DNA from: Macrostomum lignano
Lineage: Eukaryota
Length of the DNA: 28,510 nucleotides
Direction of reading: 5' to 3'
Assembly: GCA_002269645.1 (NCBI GenBank)
Contig: NIVC01004097.1
Location: 1-28,510 of the forward strand
Below are positions 22,007 to 28,510 of the stretch, piece by piece. Below the pieces are notes generated by a model. The model was not told the DNA's origin. It did no database searches and saw only the letters and a list, made by a program, of their open reading frames with translations. A program made the translations under genes and the position numbers. How positions within the stretch are numbered: the stretch's first letter is position 1; the number at the start of each line of letters is the position of its first letter.

Positions 22007-23449
22007 TCACGGCGAGTTGCAGAGGTTCCGCAGTTCGTCGAACTGGCTCGTGTCGAGGTTGCCTGTCAGCAGAGCCCAGCACTGCAGCCAGCCGTCAAAC
22101 GGTTCGATTCCGTTTCTCATGCAGTTTCCAATCAGCAGGGTGTCGTGGATGGTGTACAGGCTGCCACCCGAGTTCCTGGGACCGCCGCCCCAAGTCTGGC
22201 GCGCCACCGTGGCTCCGTTAAGGTGAGTAGCGAAGTCCAGGCCATCAAAGTTGATTCCGACGCTCTCCACTCTCTGAACCGAGCCGACATCCAGAGCGTT
22301 GTTGCTAGTGTAATGGCGGAAAAGCACATCTCCGGTTGGGAAAAACACTTTGGTAGAAATTCTTCCCTGGATGTCGGCATGGAAAGTGCTTGAGTACATG
22401 TCGTTTCTCGTGACATCGACGAATGCACCGAAGCATTTGGATCTGAAAGTTTCATCGGCAGCTTGCTTACAGTTGCATAATTCTAAGAGTGCTGTAGAGG
22501 CCTGTCATCTTAATATCATAGAGTGGAGCCCAAGTAACCTGGTACACAAATAATACGCCATTCTGCTCTGACACCAAGGAAGCTGTTTTTAGCAAAATGC
22601 GACGAAAATTGGACTTGGGATAGGGGAAGGCAAGCAAGAGGATAATTTGGAATCCACATACAATGAGCTTAAATTGACATAATGGTCCCTAATTTTCCCC
22701 TTGCTCGTTCTTCTCTATCCCCAGTCAGGTTTTGGTCGCTTTTTGCCAAACCCTGCTTTACTGTGAGCAGAATAGCGTATCATTTGTGTACATACAATGT
22801 AGGTTACTCTGGCTCCAGTTTAGAGCTTAAGGCTTTATCTTGCATTAGTAAATGCGCGTAATACATATACATGTACTTACGAGAAGTTCATTCCAAATTT
22901 TCCCTGGAAGAACAGGCTGAACTTCTGTCCGTAGTTGAAGTATTTGTAGAATCCGGGAGTTGAGACCTTCACGTGGGAGCTGCTCGAGCCCTGCAGGCGG
23001 ACTCCGTCAATCGAGTTCTGCTCGGCGATGCCCACCGGCTCAGCTGGGAATTCGCACGAGTTGGCCAGATTTTTGTAGCTCTTTCGAAAGTTGTACAGCA
23101 GGACAATTTGCATGGAAAACGAGAGCGACAGCAGGTCGGGGGGTGTCGCCGGAGACAGCTTCCCTCTAGCGATCATTCCAGGACTGCAGGCTGCAGCTAC
23201 AGCCGCATGTGGCAGGCTGTAGCAGGCACGGCTGTCTGTCAGGTACACGGACTGCCGGCACCCGCTGCTCAGGGTGCAGCGGAGCACGCACTCGGACTCG
23301 CTGGGCGCGGGCACCGCCTCCACGCCGAACGGTTCAGCGGGACAGATGCTTTTGGGCTGGAACAGGGCGGAGCTGTCATCGCACTCTGCGTTGACGGCAA
23401 TACAACTGGCCATCAGCAGCAGGCAGATGCGGCCTGCGGCGAATTCCAT
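22007..23449 (-). CDS. Copy B: secreted protein with signal peptide, PAN/apple-like domain and LamG/concanavalin-A-like domain (334 aa, 2 exons)
   Basis: Exons 23449-22881 (TC|GTAAGT) and 22442-22007 (CTTTCAG|A), phase 2, 1005 nt. Signal MEFAAGRICLLLMASCIAVNA; PAN-like SESECVLRCTLSSGCRQSVYLTDSRACY; LamG-like C-terminus TLLIGN..FDGWLQCWALLTGNLDTSQFDELRNLC. Domain calls are by motif recognition, not HMM. Confidence 0.8.
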
Positions 23450-25237
23450 GCTTTCTAAGAAATGTTTATAGGGTTATGTGGTTTCAGAAGGCAGTTTTTC
23501 AGGCTCAAAGTTGTCGATTTCTGCAAGTAAAATTGTAGCCAGCCGCCACAGATGCTTTGGTTTAAATTCTTTCAATTCTGGCCGACAATGGAAATTGTGG
23601 GGAGTTTGTCTCTGCTACAAGCAGGAAGACTTTCTCCCCCCCCCAATATTTCCGGAGCAAAACATTTCCCGTAAACGTGCTTCGCGGCATGGATGCCAGT
23701 TTCCGTTATTTTCTTTTTGTTGCCAGCGCAACTGCGCTCAATAGTTCCCGCATCTGCTGCTCTGCGATCTGCCCCCTTTCCTTCTCACGTTTGCATTGCC
23801 CCCGCTCTACCCCCCCCCACCGTGTTTACCGTCAAGTTTCTGTCGCTTCTGGTCTGTGCTACACTTTGCCATCACCTGCACCATGCATGCACATCCGCTT
23901 TGCTCCTGCAGCCGAGTCAGCCTGCCGCGGTTTGAAGGCAGTCAGGCAGGACACCAGGCTTTTCCAATTCTCCCGTCTTAACCAAGGTAATCATTGTTTA
24001 ATCCCATATAGAAGCCCGATCACGTGAGCTGAATTTCATGTAGGATCAGGTATCCACTCCGATGTATTTCTGTTGAAATTCTCGCGCCTCTACCTGTACA
24101 CGTAGCTTTTAGTCTGGTTTGGAATTTCTATAATTGCTTTATTTTAAGCAAAACATCCAACAAGTTTTAATAATTTTGATTTCGATTTTTAAGCGTTGTC
24201 ACAACCGCAGAGAGGCATTGCTGTCCATTCCGCCGACTCCCCTGAGCAGGCACACAAGCGCGCGGATACGTACGCAGTCAAACGCACAGGCACACGCTCA
24301 CACGGGAGTGTACAGCGGCCCTAACTATATTTATCGTTAGGCGTGTACACTTCACTGCGCCTTGGCGTTAATTGAGCTCAAAATTGATGTGACTACAACT
24401 AGAATCGAGCCTGGGCCGCTGGCACATAAGAGCGTTGCACTTTTAGACCACTAGTCTGGGCTGTGGCGCTTAAATGGACGGCAGGCTGGACTCCCCTCAG
24501 TGATCCCAAAAATTCATTTCCGAATACCGTTGTACGAATTCACAGAGAAGCGGATTTTCACTGATTGAATTTGTTGAAATTAAGTTGCCAAAAACAGACA
24601 AGCGGAACTGGAGTGGAGAACCAAAACCCAGCCAAAGTGTCAGATGCGCTGAACACTGAAAACTCGTGTATGTTAGCAATGAATGAAGCATGCTACAGAC
24701 AGTATAAAGCTGACACAGAGGCCATGGTGAGATGCAAAAAGATTGTAAAAAACGGGGAACAACAAATATTGCCAGACAGAGTGAAATAATTTGCTATTCA
24801 GACAGTTGATTTGGTCGCATAAGAATGTTGCAGAGGCCAGCTTCAAGCTTCAGTGCAGCTCACTGTAAAACTGGGGCAAAATGACATCAGATTTGACTAG
24901 ACTGAGCGGCCAGGCTGCATGCTGACAAGGATGGAGATTCCGCCAGAATCAGCCCTGCCCACTCGCTGATAAATGATTACAATAAAAAAGACAAAGAAGT
25001 CAATCAGAAACGCGTGTCGGAAAAGTCAATCTTTACTAATAAAAGTAGTCAGCACAACATTTGCGTAACAATAAAAGCGAGAGGGAATAAAAGTTGCGGG
25101 TAAATGTAGACTATTTACAGGAATACAAGCGGATAACAAGCAGATTGCATAATAGGCTAATAAAACTTGATCTAGATCCTCAGATCCAGGGATTCTAAGC
25201 AAAACAGATAGGGGATTCTCAATGCTGACTGATTAGG

Positions 25238-26959
25238 GAGCAGCTGCTTGCAACAAACACAAGTGAGCAGCTGCTTGCAACAAACACAAGTGAGCAGCTG
25301 CTTGCAACAAACACAAGTGAGCAGCTGCTTGCAACAAACACAAGTGAGCAGCTGCTTGCAACAAACACAACAGTGAGCAGCTGATTGCAACAAACACAAG
25401 TGAGCAGCTGCTTGCAACAAACACAACAGTGAGCAGCTGCTTGCAACAAACACAAGTGAGCAGCTGCTTGCAACAAACACAACAGTGAGCAGCTGCTTGC
25501 AACAAACACAAGTGAGCAGCTGCTTGCAACAAACACAACAGTGAGCAGCTGCTTGCAACAAACACAAGTGAGCAGCTGCTTGCAACAAACACAACAGTGA
25601 GCAGCTGCTTGCAACAAACACAAGTGAGCAGCTGCTTGCAACAAACACAACAGTGAGCAGCTGCTTGCAACAAACACAAGTGAGCAGCTGCTTGCAACAA
25701 ACACAACAGTGAGCAGCTGCTTGCAACAAACACAAGTGAGCAGCTGCTTGCAACAAACACAAGTGAGCAGCTGCTTGCAACAAACACAAGTGAGCAGCTG
25801 CTTGCAACAAACACAAGTGAGCAGCTGCTTGCAACAAACACAAGTGAGCAGCTGCTTGCAACAAACACAAGTGAGCAGCTGCTTGCAACAAACACAACAG
25901 TGAGCAGCTGCTTGCAACAAACACAAGTGAGCAGCTGCTTGCAACAAACACAAGTGAGCAGCTGCTTGCAACAAACACAAGTGAGCAGCTGCTTGCAACA
26001 AACACAAGTGAGCAGCTGCTTGCAACAAACACAAGTGAGCAGCTGCTTGCAACAAACACAAGTGAGCAGCTGCTTGCAACAAACACAAGTGAGCAGCTGC
26101 TTGCAACAAACACAACAGTGAGCAGCTGATTGCAACAAACACAAGTGAGCAGCTGCTTGCAACAAACACAACAGTGAGCAGCTGCTTGCAACAAACACAA
26201 GTGAGCAGCTGCTTGCAACAAACACAACAGTGAGCAGCTGCTTGCAACAAACACAAGTGAGCAGCTGCTTGCAACAAACACAACAGTGAGCAGCTGCTTG
26301 CAACAAACACAAGTGAGCAGCTGCTTGCAACAAACACAACAGTGAGCAGCTGCTTGCAACAAACACAAGTGAGCAGCTGCTTGCAACAAACACAACAGTG
26401 AGCAGCTGCTTGCAACAAACACAAGTGAGCAGCTGCTTGCAACAAACACAACAGTGAGCAGCTGCTTGCAACAAACACAAGTGAGCAGCTGCTTGCAACA
26501 AACACAAGTGAGCAGCTGCTTGCAACAAACACAAGTGAGCAGCTGCTTGCAACAAACACAAGTGAGCAGCTGCTTGCAACAAACACAAGTGAGCAGCTGC
26601 TTGCAACAAACACAAGTGAGCAGCTGCTTGCAACAAACACAACAGTGAGCAGCTGCTTGCAACAAACACAAGTGAGCAGCTGCTTGCAACAAACACAAGT
26701 GAGCAGCTGCTTGCAACAAACACAAGTGAGCAGCTGCTTGCAACAAACACAAGTGAGCAGCTGCTTGCAACAAACACAAGTGAGCAGCTGCTTGCAACAA
26801 ACACAAGTGAGCAGCTGCTTGCAACAAACACAAGTGAGCAGCTGCTTGCAACAAACACAAGTGAGCAGCTGCTTGCAACAAACACAAGTGAGCAGCTGCT
26901 TGCAACAAACACAAGTGGAGCAGCTGCTTGCAACAAACACAAGTGAGCAGCTGCTTGCA
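25238..26959. repeat. 27/29 bp minisatellite (GAGCAGCTGCTTGCAACAAACACAA[CA]GT), about 62 copies, with higher-order structure
   Basis: Tandem units read directly. It is the source of the 818/573/581 aa pseudo-ORFs. Confidence 0.98.
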
Positions 26960-28204
26960 GCCCAACAGCGAGCAGCACGCAGTCACAGATCGGACCCCAA
27001 CAGGCTGTGCAGCCGAAAGCTGCTGGCTCAGGCGGCGGTGTCCCCAGTTTCCGCCGCGCCGCGGGCGAAGCGGATTCAGCAGCGGGTGCGGCAGCAGCGA
27101 CGGTTTCGGCTGCGGCGGCCTCTTCGGCGATGCCTGTGGAGGCGGCAGTTGGAGGAGCTTCTTCAGCGCGCTGACCGCGGCGTCGACCGGATCGACAGGC
27201 ACAGCGGCGGCGTCGGGGACGTCGGCGGCAGCGACCTGCGAGTCTGCGGCGGCAGCTTCAACGGCAGCAGCAAATCCCCCCGCTTCAGCATCCTCGGGCT
27301 GCTGCGCGATAACCGGCTTCACGTCCATCACCAGGGCGTCGGAGTCCACGGCGGCGGCCGCCTGCGGCTCCTCAGCTGCGCAGCTGCTGCGAGTCCTGCG
27401 GCAGCTCCTGGCCGGCGCTGGTGAGAATACCGGCGCCGCCGCTCCTCCGAGCTGTTGAAGAAGATCTGCACCGCCTGCTGCTGCCCATTGGCGGATACGG
27501 CGGGCCCACCCGCAGCGCTTGACAGGCAGCTGGATGACGTTACTGCACCGGCGCCGCCACCGCTGCCTCCTGCACCGCATCCTGCGACAGCTGCACCGCC
27601 TGCTGTGCTGATGGTCCGCGGCCGACACTGCAGCACCCTGTGCGGCCTGCGGGGCGGGATGGTTGGGTCGGGACGGACTGAAGATGGTACTGCGGGGGCG
27701 GGATGGTTATGTCACCCATTCTCACCCACCCACTCACCCACTCACTCACTCACCCAACTCATTCATTCACTCACCTGCTTGCCAGTCTCGGTTTTGCCCG
27801 GCAGGCCGCATCTCCTCCCTTGGCACGATGTCCGATGAGAAGTCGAACTGGTCGGTGTCGGGGTCGCCGACGCTCATGGCGATGTCGTTACGCTGCAGAG
27901 TCCGCCGCCTGGCCCGCTCGCCGTGTGCGCCCAGGCCCGGATGGTGAGCTCACGGATGAACGATCTCAGCGGCCTTGAGAACAGCAGCGGCGCCTCGGCG
28001 GCTTATTCATGCCCTTGACGTCATCGTCCAGCTTCATGATCTTCTTGATGCGCGCCAGCGGCAGCTCGGCGTTCTTGAAGGCGGCCAGCTCGGGGGCATG
28101 GACTCGATGGCCCGCAGCTCGTGTTCCAGAACAGCAGTACGCGAGCCTCGATTTCGTTGCGGGCGACGTCGCCGACGGCGGGCGCCTGAGTTCTGCTGGT
28201 GCTG
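26960..28204 (-). CDS. NFYC: Nuclear transcription factor Y subunit gamma (NF-YC/HAP5-like histone fold), 5'-partial, with several apparent frameshifts
   Basis: Exon about 28204-27775 (GCAG|GTGAGT) gives, across frames, [69 protein letters not shown]. The next exon starts at 27646 or 27689 and is Gln/Ala/Pro-rich. The 3' end is unresolved. Confidence 0.9.
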
Positions 28205-28224
28205 CTGCAGTGTGCGGGCAGGGC

Positions 28225-28510
28225 AGCTGCGGCTGACTGCTCACAGTGGGATGAGCTGGGATCTGACTGCTCACAGTGGGATGAGCTGGGGATCTGACTG
28301 CTCACAGTGGGTGAGCTGGGGATCTGACTGCTCACAGTGGGAATGAGCTGGGGATCTGACTGCTCAACAGTGGGATGACGTGGGATATCTGACTGCTCAC
28401 AGTGGGTGAGGCTGCGGGATCTGACTGCTCACAGTAGATGCTGGGGGATCTGACTGCTCAGTGGGGTCAGGTGAGGGCATCTGACTGCTCAGTGGGTCAG
28501 CTGGGGGGGC
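28225..28510. repeat. Degenerate 27-30 bp minisatellite (GCTGGGGATCTGACTGCTCACAGTGGGATGA) in an NF-YC intron
   Basis: About 10 copies with scattered single-base indels, running to the window end. Confidence 0.9.

Noticed and set aside
17717-22553. Duplicated plus-strand ORFs (149/172 aa etc.)
   Set aside because: Antisense to LamG exon 2; duplicated only because the gene is duplicated.
24303-24348. Imperfect hairpin GTGTACA..CCTAAC / GTTAGG..TGTACAC
   Set aside because: Short and gapped, with no Helitron CTRR end, TSD or RNA-gene signature.
15273-26959. Arrays as CRISPR-like repeats
   Set aside because: No unique spacers, no cas genes, and a spliced eukaryotic context.
25172-27628. 818, 573 and 581 aa Cys/Leu-rich ORFs
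   Set aside because: All three frames of a stop-free 27/29 bp repeat. Only the part above about 26960 overlaps likely NF-YC coding sequence.

Overview
Eukaryotic (metazoan) genomic DNA. The GC-rich exons, AT-rich intergenic DNA and intronic 20-45 bp minisatellites resemble a flatworm such as Macrostomum, but this is an inference only. Most ORFs in the supplied track are antisense shadows or repeat artefacts; the real genes are spliced. Left to right: (1) A minus-strand gene of at least 8 exons (ATG 3842, running off the left edge) encoding an uncharacterised polyQ/LRR-like protein. (2) A divergent 3-exon SMIM7 gene (5115-16717, 76 aa), missed by the ORF track. Its 9.9 kb first intron holds nested elements: an RTE-like LINE with a 5' inversion carrying an in-frame hAT MITE, and a complete Gypsy LTR element (TSD AAGGT) interrupted by a 1.55 kb non-autonomous LTR/TRIM. 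(3) Two tandem copies of a secreted PAN/apple + LamG-like gene, one frameshifted, with a 0.9 kb identical core, plus two related CAAGGACCAC-ended MITEs. (4) A 27/29 bp minisatellite with a 745 bp higher-order duplication. (5) An NF-YC gene in apparently error-rich sequence at the right edge. No CRISPR, rRNA or tRNA genes were seen. I found no clearly new enzymatic system. The most interesting signals are the TE architecture, CpG-biased decay, splice-site-containing repeats and paralog homogenisation.
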